Shown: positions 1 through 16,700, counted from the stretch's first letter. The stretch: 64,000 bases of DNA from the human T2T-CHM13v2.0 reference genome, Homo sapiens (GCF_009914755.1 NC_060926.1); one strand, 5' to 3'. The notes: a model not told the origin generated them from the letters alone. Made by a program: numbers and translations.

Positions 1-3000
1 TTACATTTCATTGCTTTCGATGATGATTCCATTCACGTCCATTAGATGATTCCATTTGATTCCATTCATTGATGATTCCATTCAGATTCCATTTGATGAT
101 TCCATTCGATTCCATTTGATGATTCCATTCAATTGCATTCAATGATTCCATTCGATTCCATTCGATGATGATTCCCTTCGAGTCCATTAGAAGATTCCAT
201 AACATTCCATTCGATGGTGATTCCTTTCCATTTCATTCAATGATTCCATTCGATTCCATTCGATGATGATTCCCTTCGAGTCCATGAGATAATTTCATAA
301 CATACCATTCGATAGTGATTCCATTTGATTTCATTCGATGGTGATTCCATTTGATTCCATTCGATGATTCCTTTCGTGTCCATTCGATGACACCATTGGA
401 TTCCATTCGATGATTTCATTCGTTTCCACTTGTTGATGATTCCATTCGATTCCATTCGATGATGATTCCATTCGATTCCCTTCATTGATGATTCGATTAG
501 ATTCCATTTGATGATGATTCCATTCGATTCCATTCAATGAAGATTCCATTCAATTCCATTTGATGATGATTCCATTTGACTCCATTCAATGATGATTCCA
601 TTCGATTCCATTCAAAGATTCAATTCGAGTCCATTCAATGATTCCATTCGATTCCACTTGATGATGATTCCTTTCAAGTCCATTCAATGATTCCATTCAA
701 TTCCATTAGATAATAATTCCTCTCAAGTCCATTCAATGATTCCATTCAGTTGCATTCGATGATTCCATACGATTTCATTCGATGATGATTCCATTTGAGT
801 CCATTTGATGATTCCATTAGATTCCATTCGAGCATAATTCCTTTCGAGTCCATTCGATGATTCCATTCAATTCCATTCCATGATGATTCCATTTCATTCC
901 ATTCAATGATGATTCCATTCGAGTCCATTCTATGATTCCTTTCTATTCCATTCGTTGATTCCATTCAATTCCATTCGATGATGATTGCATTCGACGACAT
1001 TCAATGATTCCAATCGATTCCATCTGATGATTGGAGTCCATTCGGTGATTCCTTTAGATTCCACTCAAAGACGATTCCATTCAATTCCATTCCATGATAC
1101 CATTCGATTCCATTCATTGATGATTCCATTTGATTCCATTTGATGATTCCATTTTATTCCATTCGATGATGATTCCATTCCATTCCATTTGATGATTCCA
1201 TTCCATTCCATTAGATGTTGATTCCATTCGTGTCCACTTGATGATTCCATTCTTTTCCGTTCGACCATGATTCCATTCGATTCCATTCGATGATTCCATT
1301 CGATTGCATTCGATGATTCCATTCGAGTACATTCGATGATTCCACTCGATTCCATACGATGATTATTCCATTGGAGTCAATTTGGCGATTCCTTTAGGTT
1401 CCACTCGAAGATGATTCCATTTGATTCCATTCGATTATAACATTCGATTCCATTCATTCATGATTCCATTCAAGTGCATTTGATGATAACATTCGATTCC
1501 ATTTGATGATGATTCCATTCGTTTCCACTTGATTATTCATTTCCATTCCATTCAGTGATGATTCCATTAGAGTCAATTCGATGATTCCGTTGGAGTCCAT
1601 TTGATGATGATTCCATTCAGTGATTCCATTCAATTCTATTTGATAATGATTCCAATCGATTCCATTCGATGTTGATTCCATGGGATTCCATTCTATGATT
1701 TCATTCGTTTGCATTACACAATGACTCCATTCGATTCCATTTGATGATTCCATTCGATTCTATTTGATGATGATTCCATTTGATTCCATTTGATGATGAT
1801 TGCATTCTATTCAATTCGATGATGATTCCATTCGGGTCCATTAGATGATTCCATACGATTCCATTCGATGACGATTCCATTCTATTCCATTCAGTGATTA
1901 TTCCATTCGGGTCCATTATATGATTCCATTCGATTCCATTCGATGATGATTCCATTCGTGTCCATTCGATGATTCCATTCTTCTCCATTCGATGATGATT
2001 ACATTCAAGTCTATTCGATGATTCTATTAGAGTCCATTGAATGATTGTTTTGATTCCATTCGATGCTGATTCCATTCCATTCCATTCCATTCCATTCCAT
2101 TCGATGATGATTCCAATCGATACCATTCTATGATTCCTTTAGATTCCATTTCATGCTGATTCCATTCAATTTCATTCAAAGATTCTATTCGAATCCATTC
2201 AATGATGATTCCATTCGATTCCATTTGATGATTCCATTTGATTTCATTTGATGATGATTCCATTTGATTCCATTTGGTGATTCCATTCAATGATGGTTCC
2301 ATTCGAGTCCATTCAATGATTCCTTTCTACTCTATATGATGATGATTCCATGCGAGGGCATTCAATGGTGATTCCTTTGGATACCATTCGATGATTCCAT
2401 TCGATTCCATTCAATGATGATTGCATTCGATTCCATTCGATGATTCCATTTGATTCCATTCAAAGATGATTCCATTCGATTCCATTTGATAATTCCATGC
2501 GATTCCATTCGATCGTTTCAATGGATTCCACTTGATGATGATTCCATTTGTGTCCATTCGATGATTCCATTGAATTCCATCAGATGATGATTCCATTCGA
2601 GTGAATTCGATGTTTCCAATCAATTCCATTCAATGATGCTTCCATTCGAGGCTGTCTGATGACTCTATTCATTTCCATTCTACAATGATTCCCTTTGAGT
2701 CCTTTTGAAGATTTGATTCGAGTCCTTTCGATAATCCCATTCGATTCCGTTCGATGATGATTCCGTTCGAGTCCATTTGACGCGTCCCTTCGAGTACATT
2801 TGATGATTCCATTCGAGTCCAACTGATGATTCCATTCAATTCCATTCTGTGATGTTTCCGTATGATTCCATTCGATGATGATTCCATGTGATTCCTTTCG
2901 ATGATGATTCATTTTAATTGCATTTGATTAGGATTCATTTCCAGTTCATTCGACGATTCCACACGATTCCATTCGAGGATGATTCCATTCGAGTGTATTT

Positions 3001-4441
3001 GATGATTCCTTTCGATTCCATTAGAAGATGATTCCATTTGATTCCGTTCATTGGTGATCCCATTCAATTCCATTCAATGATTCCATTCCATTCCATTCAA
3101 CAATGATTCCATTTGATTCCATTTGATGATTCCTTCCGCTTGATTCCATTTGATGATGATTCCATTCGATTCCATTCGATGATGATTGCCTTCAATTCCA
3201 TTCGATGATTCCATTCGATTCCATTCGATGACGATTCGGTTTGATTCCATTTGATGATTCCATTCGAGTCCATTCGATGATTCCATTCGATTCCATTTGA
3301 TGATGATTCCATTTGAGTCCATTCGATGATTCCATTCGAGTCCATTCAATGATTCCATTCATTCGAGTCCATTTGATGATTCCATTCGATTGCATTTTAT
3401 GATTATTCCATTCGTGTCCATTAGATGATTCCATTCGAGTCCATTCAATAATTCCATTCAATTCCTTTCAATGAATCCATTCGATTCTATTTGATGTTTC
3501 CATTCGAGTCCATTTGTTCATTCATTCGTGTCCATTCCATGACTCCATTCGATTCCATTTGATGATGATCCCATCTGATGGTGATTCCATTCGAGTCCAT
3601 TTGATGACTCCATTTGATTCCATTCGATGATGATTCCATTCGTGTCCATTCAATGTTTTTGTTCTATTCCATTCAATGAGGATTCCCTTCAAATCCATTT
3701 GATGATTGTATTCAAGTCCATTCAGTGATTGCTTTCGATTCCATTTGATATTGATTCCCTTTGATTCCATTCGATGAGGATTCCATTCGATGTCATTCTA
3801 GGATTCCATTCGATTCCATTTGATGTTGATTGCATTTGATTCCATTTGATTATTCTATTCGATAATTTTGATGACAATTCCATTCGATTCCATTCAGTGA
3901 TTCCAGTACATTACAGTTGATGATGATTCCTTTCGATTCCATTCGATGATTCCAATTGATTCCAACCGATGATGATTCCATTCGAGTCCATTCGACGATT
4001 CCATTCGATTCCATTCGAAGATGATTTCCCTCGAGTCCATTCGATGATTCCACTCGAGTCCATTCGATGATTTCCTTAGATTCCATTCAATGATGATTCC
4101 ACTCAATGCAATTCAATGACTAAATTCGATTCCATTCGATGTTGTTCCCATTCAAGTCCATTTGATGATTCTATTCGATTCCATTCAATGATGATTCCAT
4201 TCGTGTCCACTCGATGATTCCATTCTATTCCATTCGATGATTATTCCATTAGACTCCATTCGATGATGATTCCATTCTTTTCCAGTCGATGATTGCATTC
4301 GATGCCATTCGATGATTACATTCGATTACATTCGACGATGACTCTATTCTATTCCATTTGATGATTCCATTCGATTCCATTCGATGAGGATTCCATTTGA
4401 TTCCATTCAATCATGATTCCATTCATGTCCATTCGATTGAA
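1..4441 (+). repeat. HSat2 higher-order unit 1 (short, ~1.93-kb internal deletion)
   Basis: Landmark TTACATTTCATTGC at 1 recurs at 4442. ACGCGT landmark at 2780. Confidence 0.85.
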
Positions 4442-7400
4442 TTACATTTCATTGCTGTCGATGATGAGTCCATTCACGTCCATTAGATGCTTCCATTTGA
4501 TACCATTCATCCATGATTCCATTCAGATTCCATTCGATGATTCCATTCGATTCCATTTGATGATGATTCCATTCAATTGCATTCAGTGATTCCATTCGAT
4601 TCCATTCGATGATGATTCCCTTCGAGTCCATTAGAAGATTCCATAACATTCCTTTTGATGGTGATTCCTATCCATTTCATTCAATGATTACATTCGATTC
4701 CATTCGATGATGACTCCCTTCGAGTCCATGAGATGATTTCATAACATTCCATTCGATGGTGATTCCATTGGATTCCATTCGATGGTGATTCCATTTGATT
4801 CCATTCGATGATTCCTTTCGTGTCCATTCGATGACACCATTGGATTCCATTCGATGATTTCATTCGTTTCCACTTGTTGATGATTCCATTCGATTCCATT
4901 CGATGATGATTCCATTCGATTCCCTTCATTGATGATTCGATTAGATTCCATTTGATGATGATTCCATTCGAGTTCATTCAATGAAGATTCCATTCATTTC
5001 CATTTGATGATGATTCCATTTGACTCCATTCAATGATGATTCCATTCGATTCCATTCAAAGATTCAATTCGAGTCCATTCAATGATTCCATTCGATTCCA
5101 CTTGATGATGATTCCTCTCAAGTCCATTCAATGATTCCATTCAGTTGCATTCGATGATTCCATACGATTTCATTCGATGATGATTCCATTTGAGTCCATT
5201 TGATGATTCCATTAGATTCCATTCGAGCATAATTCCTTTCGAGTCCATTCGATGATTCCATTCAATTCCATTCCATGATGGTTCCATTTCATTCCATTCA
5301 ATGATGATTCCATTCGAGTCCATTCTATGATTCCTTTCTATTCCATTCGTTGATTCCATTCAATTCCATTCGACGATGATTGCATTCGACTACATTCGAT
5401 GATTCCACTCGATTCCATCCGATGATTGGGGTCCATTAGGTGATTCCTTTAGATTCCACTCAAAGACGATTCCATTCAATTCCATTCCATGATACCATTC
5501 GATTCCATTCATTGATGATTCCATTTAATTCCATTTGATGATTCCATTTTATTCCATTCGATGATGATTCCATTCCATTCCATTTGATGATTCCATTCCA
5601 TTCCATTAGATGTTGATTCCATTCGTGTCCACTTGATGATTCCATTCTTTTCCGTTCGACCATGATTCCATGCGAGTACATTCGATGATTTCATTCGAGT
5701 ACATTCGATGATTCCACTCGATTCCATACGATGATTATTCCATTGGAGTCCATTTGGCGATTCCTTTAGGTTCCACTCGAAGATGATTCCATTTGATTCA
5801 ATTCGATTATACCATTCGATTCCATTCATTGATGATTCCATTCAAGTGCATTTGATGATACCATTCGATTCCATTCGATGATGATTCCATTCGTTTCCGT
5901 TTGATTATTCCATTCTATTCCATTCAGTGATGATTCCATTAGAGTCAATTCGATGATTCCGTTGGAGTCCATTTGATGATGATTCCATTCAGTGATTCCA
6001 TTCAATTCTATTTGATAATGATTCCAATCGTTTCCATTCGATGTTGATTCCATGGGATTCCATTCTATGATTTCATTCGATTGCATTAGACAATGACTCC
6101 ATTCGATTCCATTTGATGATTCCATTCGATTCTATTTGATGATGATTCCATTCGATTCCATTTGATGATGATTGCATTCTATTCAATTCGATGATGATTC
6201 CATTCGGGTCCATTAGATGATTCCATACGATTCCATTCCATGACGATTCCATTCTATTCCATTCAATGATGATTCCATTCGGGTCCATTATGTGATTCCA
6301 TTCGATTCCATTTGATGATGATTCCATTCGTGTCCATTCGATGATTCCATTCATCTCCATTCGATGATGATTACATTCAAGTCTATTCGATGATTCTATT
6401 AGAGTCCATTGAATGATTGTTTTGATTCCATTCGATGCTGATTCCATTCCATTCCATTCCATTCCATTCCATTCCATTCGATGATGATTCCATTCGATAC
6501 CATTCTATGATTCCTTTAGATTCCATTTCATGCTGATTCCATTCAATTTCATTCAAAGATTCTATTCGAATCCATTCAATGATGATTCCATTCGATTCCA
6601 TTTGATGATTCCATTTGATTTCATTTGATGATGATTCCATTTGATTCCATTTGGTGATTCCATTCAATGATGGTTCCATTCGAGTCCATTCAATGATTCC
6701 TTTCTACTCTATATGATGATGATTCCATGCGAGGGCATTCAATGGTGATTCCTTTGGATACCATTCGATGATTCCATTCGATTCCATTCAATGATGATTG
6801 CATTCGATTCCATTCGATGATTCCATTTGATTCCATTCAAAGATGATTCCATTCGATTCCATTTGATAATTCCATGCGATTCCATTCGATCGTTTCAATG
6901 GATTCCATTTGATGATGATTCCATTTGTGTCCATTCGATGATTCCATTGAATTCCATCAGATGATGATTCCATTCGAGTGAATTCGATGTTTCCAATCAA
7001 TTCCATTCAATGATGCTTCCATTCGAGGCTGTCTGATGACTCTATTCATTTCCATTCTACAATGATTCCCTTTGAGTCCTTTTGAAGATTTGATTCGAGT
7101 CCTTTCGATGATCCCATTCGATTCCGTTCGATGATGATTCCGTTCGAGTCCATTTGACGCGTCCCTTCGAGTACATTTGATGATTCCATTCGAGTCCAAC
7201 TGATGATTCCATTCAATTCCATTCTGTGATGTTTCCGTATGATTCCATTCGATGATGATTCCATGTGATTCCTTTCGATGATGATTCATTTTAATTGCAT
7301 TTGATTAGGATTCATTTCCAGTTCATTCGACGATTCCACACGATTCCATTCGAGGATGATTCCATTCGAGTGTATTTGATGATTCCTTTCGATTCCATTA

Positions 7401-10400
7401 GAAGATGATTCCATTTGATTCCGTTCATTGGTGATCCCATTCAATTCCATTCAATGATTCCATTCCATTCCATTCAACAATGATTCCATTTGATACCATT
7501 TGATGATTCCTTCCGCTTGATTGCATTTGATGATGATTCCATTCGATTCCATTCGATGATGATTGCCTTCAATTCCATTCGATGATTCCATTCGATTCCA
7601 TTCGATGACGATTCGGTTAGATTCCATTTGATGATTCCATTCGAGTCCATTCGATGATTCCATTCGATTCCATTTGATGATGATTCCATTTGAGTCCATT
7701 CGATGATTCCATTCGAGTCCATTTAATGATTCCATTCATTCGAGTCCATTTGATGATTCCATTCGATTGCATTTTATGATTATTCCATTCGTGTCCATTA
7801 GATGATTCCATTCGTGTCCATTCAATAATTCCATTCAATTCCTTTCGATCATTCCATTCGATTCTATTTGACGTTTCCATTCGAGTCCTTTTGTTCATTC
7901 ATTCGTGTCCATTCGATGACTCCATTCGATTCCATTTGATGATGATCCCATTTGATGATGATTCCATTCGAGTCCATTTGATGACTCCATTTGATTCCAT
8001 TTGATGATGATTCCATTCGTGTCCATTAAATGTTTTTGTTCTATCCCATTCAATGAGGATTCCCTTCAAATCCATTTGATGATTGTATTCAAGTCCATTC
8101 AGTGATTGCTTTCGGTTCCATTTGATATTGATTCCCTTTGATTCCATTCGATGAGTGTTCCATTCGATGTCATTCTATGATTCCATTAGATTCCATTTGA
8201 TGTTGATTGCATTTGATTCCATTTGATTATTCTATTCGATTTTTTTTGATGACGATTCCATTCGATTCCATTCAGTGATTCCAGTTCATTACAGTTGATG
8301 ATGATTCCTTTCGATTCCATTCGATGATTCCATTTGATTCCAATCGATGATGATTCCATTCGAGTCCATTCGATGATTCCATTCGATTCCATTCAATGAT
8401 GATTCCATTCGAGTCCATTCAATGGTGATTCCATTGGATTCCATTCGGTGATGCCATTCGATTCCGTTCTATGATTGCATTCGATTCCATTTGATGATTC
8501 CCTTCGATTCCATTCAAAGTTTATTTCATTCGAGTCCGTTTGATAATTCCATTCGATTCCATTCTCCGATGATTCCACTGGAGTCCGTTCGATGATTCCA
8601 TTCAATTCCAGTTGATGGTGATTCCATTCGAGTCCATTTAATGATTTCCTTTGATTCCATTTGATGATGACTCCTTCCGGTTCCATTCCATGATGATTCC
8701 ATTGGGTTCCATTAGATAGTGATTCCATTCAAGTCCATTCGATGATTCCATTCGATTCCATTCGATGATGATTCCATTCCGGTCCATTCGATGATTCCTT
8801 TCGATTCCATTTGATGTTGATTCCATTTGAGTCCATTTGATTATTCCCTTTGAATGCATTCCATGATTCCTTTCGATTCCATTTGATATTGCTTCCATTC
8901 GAGTCCATTCGATGATTCCATTTGATTTCATTCAATGATGATTCGATTCAATTCCGTTCGATGATTCCATTTGACTCCATTCGATGACAACTCCATTCGA
9001 GTCCATTCGATGATTCCTTTCGAGTCCATTTCATGATTCTATTTGGTTCCATTCGATGATGATTCCTTTGAATTCCATTCGTTGGTGATTCCATTCGATT
9101 CCATTCGATGATGATTCCATTCAATTGCATTCGATGATGATTCCATTCGATTCCATTCGATGATGATTCCATTCGGTTTCATCCGATGATTCTATTCAAT
9201 TCCTTTCTATGATTATTCAATTCTTTTCCATTTGATGATTCCATGTGATTCCATTTGATGATGATTCCATTCGTTTGCATTCGATGATGATTCCATTCAG
9301 GTCCATTCAAAGATTCCATTCGATTCCATTCTATGATGATTGCATTCGAGTTCATTTGATGATTCCATTCGACTCCATTCGATGATGATTCCATTCGTTG
9401 CTATTCAATGATTCCATTCGATTCCATTTGCTGATGATTCCATTCGACTCCATTCAATGATTCCATTCGATTCCAGTCAATGAGGATTCCTTTCGTGTCC
9501 ATTTGATGATTCTGTTCAATTCCATTCGATGATGATTCCTATCAAATCAATTTGATGATTCCATTCGAGTACATTCGATTATTCCATTTGATTTTATTCG
9601 ATGATGATTCCATTCGATGCCATTCGATGATTCCATTCGATTCCATTCAATGGTGATTCCATTCGATGCCATTCGATGATTCCATTCAATCCTATTTGAT
9701 GATGATTCCATTCGTGTCCATTCGATGATTCCGTTCTTTCCATTCGATGATGATTCCATTTGAATCCATTCGATGATTCCTATCTATTCCATTCGATGAC
9801 TCCGTTCAATCCCATTCGGTGTTCCCCTTCGATTGTCTTTGATGATCATTCCTTTCGATTCAATTTGGTGATTCCATTCCATGATGATTCCTTTCGATTC
9901 CATTCGATGAGGATTCCATTCGGTTCCATTTGATGATGATTACATTCGATTCCATTTGACGATGATTCCATTCGAGTCCATTTGGTGATTACATTCGATT
10001 GCATTTGATGATGATTCCACTCAAGCCCATTCGCTTATTCCATTCGAGTCCATTCAATGATTCCATTAGATTCCATTCGATGATGATTCCATTCGAGTCC
10101 ACTCGATGATTCCATTGTATTCCATTCAATGATGATTCCTTTCAGGTCCATTAGATGATTCCATTAGATTCTATTTGATGATGACTCCATTAGTGTCCAT
10201 TCTTTGATTCCATTCGATTCCATTCGATGATGATTCTATTCGAGTCCATTCGTTGATTCCATTCTATTCCATTCAATTATGATTCCATTCGAGTCCAATT
10301 GATGATTACAGTCGATTCCATTCGATGATGATTCCCCTCGAGTCCATTCGATGATTCCACTCGAGTCCATTCGATGATTTCCTTAGATTCCATTCAATGA

Positions 10401-10797
10401 TGATTCCACTCAATGCAATTCAATGACTAAATTCGATTCCATTCGATGTTGTTTCCATTCAATTCCATTTGATGATTCTATTCGATTCAATTCAGTGATG
10501 GTTACATTCGTGTCCACTCGATGATTCCATTCTATTCCATTCGATGATTATTCCATTAGACTCCATTCGATGATGATTCCATTCGATTTCATTCTGTGAA
10601 TCTATTCATTTCCATTCGATGATGATTCCATTCTTTTCCAGTCGACGATTCCATTCGATGCCATTCGATGATTACATTCGATTACATTCGACGATGACTC
10701 CATTCTATTCCATTTGATGATTCCATTCGATTCCATTCGATGAGGATTCCATTTGATTCCATTCAATGATGATTCCATTCATGTCCATTCGATTGAA
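4442..10797 (+). repeat. HSat2 higher-order unit 2 (6356 bp)
   Basis: Start landmark at 4442, next at 10798. ACGCGT at 7157. Confidence 0.85.
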
Positions 10798-13700
10798 TTA
10801 CATTTCATTGCTTTCGATGATGATTCCATTCACGTCCATTAGATGATTCCATTTGATTCCATTCATTGATGATTCCATTCAGATTCCATTTGATGATTCC
10901 ATTCGATTCCATTTGATGATTCCATTCAATTGCATTCAATGATTCCATTCGATTCCATTCGATGATGATTCCCTTCGAGTCCATTAGAAGATTCCATAAC
11001 ATTCCATTCGATGGTGATTCCTTTCCATTTCATTCAATGATTACATTCGATTCCATTCGATGATGATTCCCTTCGAGTCCATGAGATAATTTCATAACAT
11101 ACCATTCGATAGTGATTCCATTTGATTTCATTCGATGGTGATTCCATTTGATTCCATTCGATGATTCATTTCGTGTCCATTCGATGACACCATTGGATTC
11201 CATTCGATGATTTCATTCGTTTCCACTTGTTGATGATTCCATTCGATTCCATTCGATGTTGATTCCATTCAATTCCCTTCATTAATGATTCGATTAGATT
11301 CCATTTGATGATGATTCCATTCGATTCCATTCAATGAAGATTCCATTCAATTCCATTTGATGATGATTCCATTTGACTCCATTCAATGATGATTCCATTC
11401 GATTCCATTCAAAGATTCAATTCGAGTCCATTCAATGATTCCATTCGATTCCACTTGATGATGATTCCTTTCAAGTCCATTCAATGATTCCATTCAATTC
11501 CATTAGATAATAATTCCTCTCAAGTCCATTCAATGATTCCATTCAGTTGCATTCGATGATTCCATACGATTTCATTCGATGATGATTCCATTTGAGTCCA
11601 TTTGATGTTTCCATTAGATTCCATTCGAGCATAATTCCTTTCGAGTCCATTCGATGATTCCATTCAATTCCATTCCATGATGATTCCATTTCATTCCATT
11701 CAATGATGATTCCATTCGAGTCCATTCTATGATTCCTTTCTATTCCATTCGTTGATTCCATTCAATTCCATTCGATGATGATTGCATTCGACGACATTCA
11801 ATGATTCCACTCGATTCCATCTGATGATTGGAGTCCATTCGGTGATTCCTTTAGATTCCACTCAAAGACGATTCCATTCAATTCCATTCCATGATACCAT
11901 TCGATTCCATTCATTGATGATTCCATTTGATTCCATTTGATGATTCCATTTTATTCCATTCGATGATGATTCCATTCCATTCCATTTGATGATTCCATTC
12001 CATTCCATTAGATGTTGATTCCATTCGTGTCCACTTGATGATTCCATTCTTTTCCGTTCGACCATGATTCCATTCGAGTACATTCGATGATTCCATTCGA
12101 GTACATTCGATGATTCCATTCGAGTATATTCGATGATTCCACTCGATTCTATACGATGATTATTCCATTGGAGTCAATTTGGCGATTCCTTTAGGTTCCA
12201 CTCGAAGATGATTCAATTTGATTCCATTCGATTATACCATTCGATTCCATTCATTCATGATTCCATTCAAGTGCATTTGATGATAACATTCGATTCCATT
12301 TGATGATGATTCCATTCGTTTCCACTTGATTATTCATTTCCATTCCATTCAGTGATGATTCCATTAGAGTCAATTCGATGATTCCGTTGGAGTCCATTTG
12401 ATGATGATTCCATTCAGTGATTCCATTCAATTCTATTTGATAATAATTCCAATCGATTCCATTCGATGTTGATTCCAAGGGATTTCATTCTATGATTTCA
12501 TTCGATTGCATTAGACAATGACTGCATTCGATTCCATTTGATGATTCCATTCGATTCCATTTGATGATGATTCCATTCGATTCCATTTGATGATGATTGC
12601 ATTCTATTCAATTCGATGATGATTCCATTCGGGTCCATTAGATGATTCCATACGATTCCATTCGATGACGATTCCATTCTATTCCATTCAGTGATTATTC
12701 CATTCGGGTCCATTATATGATTCCACTCGATTCCATTCGATGATGATTCCATTCGTGTCCATTCGATGATTCCATTCTTCTCCATTCGATGATGATTACA
12801 TTCAAGTCTATTCGATGATTCTATTAGAGTCCATTGAATGATTGTTTTGATTCCATTCGATGCTGATTCCATTCCATTCCATTCCATTCCATTCCATTCC
12901 ATTCCATTCGATGATGATTCCATTCGATACCATTCTATGATTCCTTTAGATTCCATTTCATGCTGATTCCATTCAATTTCATTCAAAGATTCTATTCGAA
13001 TCCATTCAATGATGATTCCATTCGATTCCATTTGATGATTCCATTTGATTTCATTTGATGATGATTCCATTTGATTCCATTTGGTGATTCCATTCAATAA
13101 TGGTTCCATTCGAGTCCATTCAATGATTCCTTTCTACTCTATATGATGATGATTCCATGCGAGGGCATTCAATGGTGATTCCTTTGGATACCATTCGATG
13201 ATTCCATTCGATTCCTTTCAATGATGATTGCATTCGATTCCATTCGATGATTCCATTTGATTCCATTCAAAGATGATTCCATTCGATTCCATTTGATAAT
13301 TCCATGCGATTCCATTCGATCGTTTCAATGGATTCCATTTGATGATGATTCCATTTGTGTCCATTCGATGATTCCATTGAATTCCATCAGATGATGATTC
13401 CATTCGAGTGAATTCGATGTTTCCAATCAATTCCATTCAATGATGCTTCCATTCGAGGCTGTCTGATGACTCTATTCATTTCCATTCTACAATGATTCCC
13501 TTTGAGTCCTTTTGAAGATTTGATTCGAGTCCTTTCGATAATCCCATTCGATTCCGTTCGATGATGATTTCGTTCGAGTCCATTTGACGCGTCCCTTCGA
13601 GTACATTTGATGATTCCATTCGAGTCCAACTGATGATTCCATTCAATTCCATTCTGTGATGTTTCCGTATGATTCCATTCGATGATGATTCCATGTGATT

Positions 13701-16700
13701 CCTTTCGATGATGATTCATTTTAATTGCATTTGATTATGATTCATTTCCAGTTCATTCGACGATTCCACACGATTCCATTCGAGGATGATTCCATTCGAG
13801 TGTATTTGATGATTCCTTTCGATTCCATTAGAAGATGATTCCATTTGATTCCGTTCATTGGTGATCCCATTCAATTCCATTCAATGATTCCATTCCATCC
13901 CATTCAACAATGATTCCATTTGATTCCATTTGATGATTCCTTCCGCTTGATTCCATTTGATGATGATTCCATTCGATTCCATTCGATGATGATTGCCTTC
14001 AATTCCATTCGATGATTCCATTCGATTCCATTCGATGACGATTCGGTTTGATTCCATTTGATGATTCCATTCGAGTCCATTCGATGATTCCATTCGATTC
14101 CATTTGATGATGATTCCATTTGAGTCCATTCGATGATTCCATTCGAGTCCATTTAATGATTCCATTCATTCGAGTCCATTTGATGATTCCATTCGATTGC
14201 ATTTTATGATTATTCCATTCGTGTCCATTAGATGATTCCATTCGTGTCCATTCAATAATTCCATTCAATTCCTTTCGATCATTCCATTCGATTCTATTTG
14301 ACATTTCCATTCGAGTCCGTTTGTTCATTCATTCGTGTCCATTCGATGACTCCATTCGATTCCATTTGATGATGATCCCATTTGATGATGATTCCATTCG
14401 AGTCCATTTGATGACTCCATTTGATTCCATTTGATGATGATTCCATTCGTGTCCATTAAATGTTTTTGTTCTATCCCATTCAATGAGGATTCCCTTCAAA
14501 TCCATTTGATGATTGTATTCAAGTCCATTCAGTGATTGCTTTCGGTTCCATTTGATATTGATTCCCTTTGATTCCATTCGATGAGTGTTCCATTCGATGT
14601 CATTCTATGATTCCATTAGATTCCATTTGATGTTGATTGCATTTGATTCCATTTGATTATTCTATTCGATTTTTTTTGATGACGATTCCATTCGATTCCA
14701 TTCAGTGATTCCAGTTCATTACAGTTGATGGTGATTCCTTTCGATTCCATTCGATGATTCCATTTGATTCCAATCGATGATGATTCCATTCGAGTCCATT
14801 CGATGATTCCATTCGATTCCATTCAATGATGATTCCATTCGAGTCCATTCAATGGTGATTCCATTGGATTCCATTCGGTGATGCCATTCGATTCCGTTCT
14901 ATGATTGCATTCGATTCCATTTGATGATTCCCTTCGATTCCATTCAAAGTTTATTCCATTCGAGTCAGTTTGATAATTCCATTCGATTCCATTCTCCGAT
15001 GATTCCACTGGATCCCGTTCGATGATTCCATTCAATTCCAGTTGATGGTGATTCCATTCGAGTCCATTTAATGATTTCCTTGGATTCCATTTGATGATGA
15101 CTCCTTCCGGTTCCATTCCATGATGATTCCATTGGGTTCCATTAGATAGTGATTCCATTCAAGTCCATTCGATGATTCCATTCGATTCCATTCGATGATG
15201 ATTCCATTCCGTTCCATTCGATGATTCCTTTCGATTCCATTTGATGTTGATTCCATTTGAGTCCATTTGATTATTCCCTTTGAATGCATTCCATGATTCC
15301 TTTCGATTCCATTTGATATTGCTTCCATTCGAGTCCATTCGATGATTCCATTTGATTTCATTCAATGATGATTCGATTCAATTCCGTTCGATGATTCCAT
15401 TTGACTCCATTCGATGACAACTCCATTCGAGTCCATTCGATGATTCCTTTCGAGTCCATTTCATGATTCTATTTGGTTCCATTCGATGATGATTCCTTTG
15501 AATTCCATTCGTTGGTGATTCCATTCGATTCCATTCGATGATGATTCCATTCAATTGCATTCGATGATGATTCCATTCGATTCCATTCGATGATGATTCC
15601 ATTCGGTTTCATCCGATGATTCTATTCAATTCCTTTCTATGATTATTCAATTCTTTTCCATTTGATGATTCCATGTGATTCCATTTGATGATGATTCCAT
15701 TCGTTTGCATTCGATGATGATTCCATTCAGGTCCATTCAAAGATTCCATTCGATTCCATTCTATGATGATTGCATTCGAGTTCATTTGATGATTCCATTC
15801 GACTCCATTCGATGATGATTCCATTCGTTGCTATTCAATGATTCCATTCGATTCCATTTGCTGATGATTCCATTCGACTCCATTCAATGATTCCATTCGA
15901 TTCCACTCAATGAGGATTCCTTTCGTGTCCATTTGATGATTCTGTTCAATTCCATTCGATGATGATTCCTATCAAATCAATTTGATGATTCCATTCGAGT
16001 ACATTCGATTATTCCATTTGATTTTATTCGATGATGATTCCATTCGATGCCATTCGATGATTCCATTCGATTCCATTCAATGGTGATTCCATTCGATGCC
16101 ATTCGATGATTCCATTCAATCCTATTTGATGATGATTCCATTCGTGTCCATTCGATGATTCCGTTCTTTCCATTCGATGATGATTCCATTTGAATCCATT
16201 CGATGATTCCTATCTATTCCATTCGATGACTCCGTTCAATCCCATTCGGTGTTCCCCTTCGATTGTCTTTGATGATCATTCCATTCGATTCAATTTGGTG
16301 ATTCCATTCCATGATGATTCCTTTCGATTCCATTCGATGAGGATTCCATTCGATTCCATTTGATGATGATTACATTCGATTCCATTTGACGATGATTCCA
16401 TTCGAGTCCATTTGATGATTACATTCGATTGCATTTGATGATGATTCCACTCAAGCCCATTCGCTTATTCCATTCGAGTCCATTCAATGATTCCATTAGA
16501 TTCCATTCGATGATGATTCCATTCGAGTTCACTCGATGATTCCATTGTATTCCATTCAATGATGATTCCTTTCAGGTCCATTAGATGATTCCATTAGATT
16601 CTATTTGATGATGACTCCATTAGTGTCCATTCTTTGATTCCATTCGATTCCATTCGATGATGATTCTATTCGAGTCCATTCGTTGATTCCATTCGATTCC

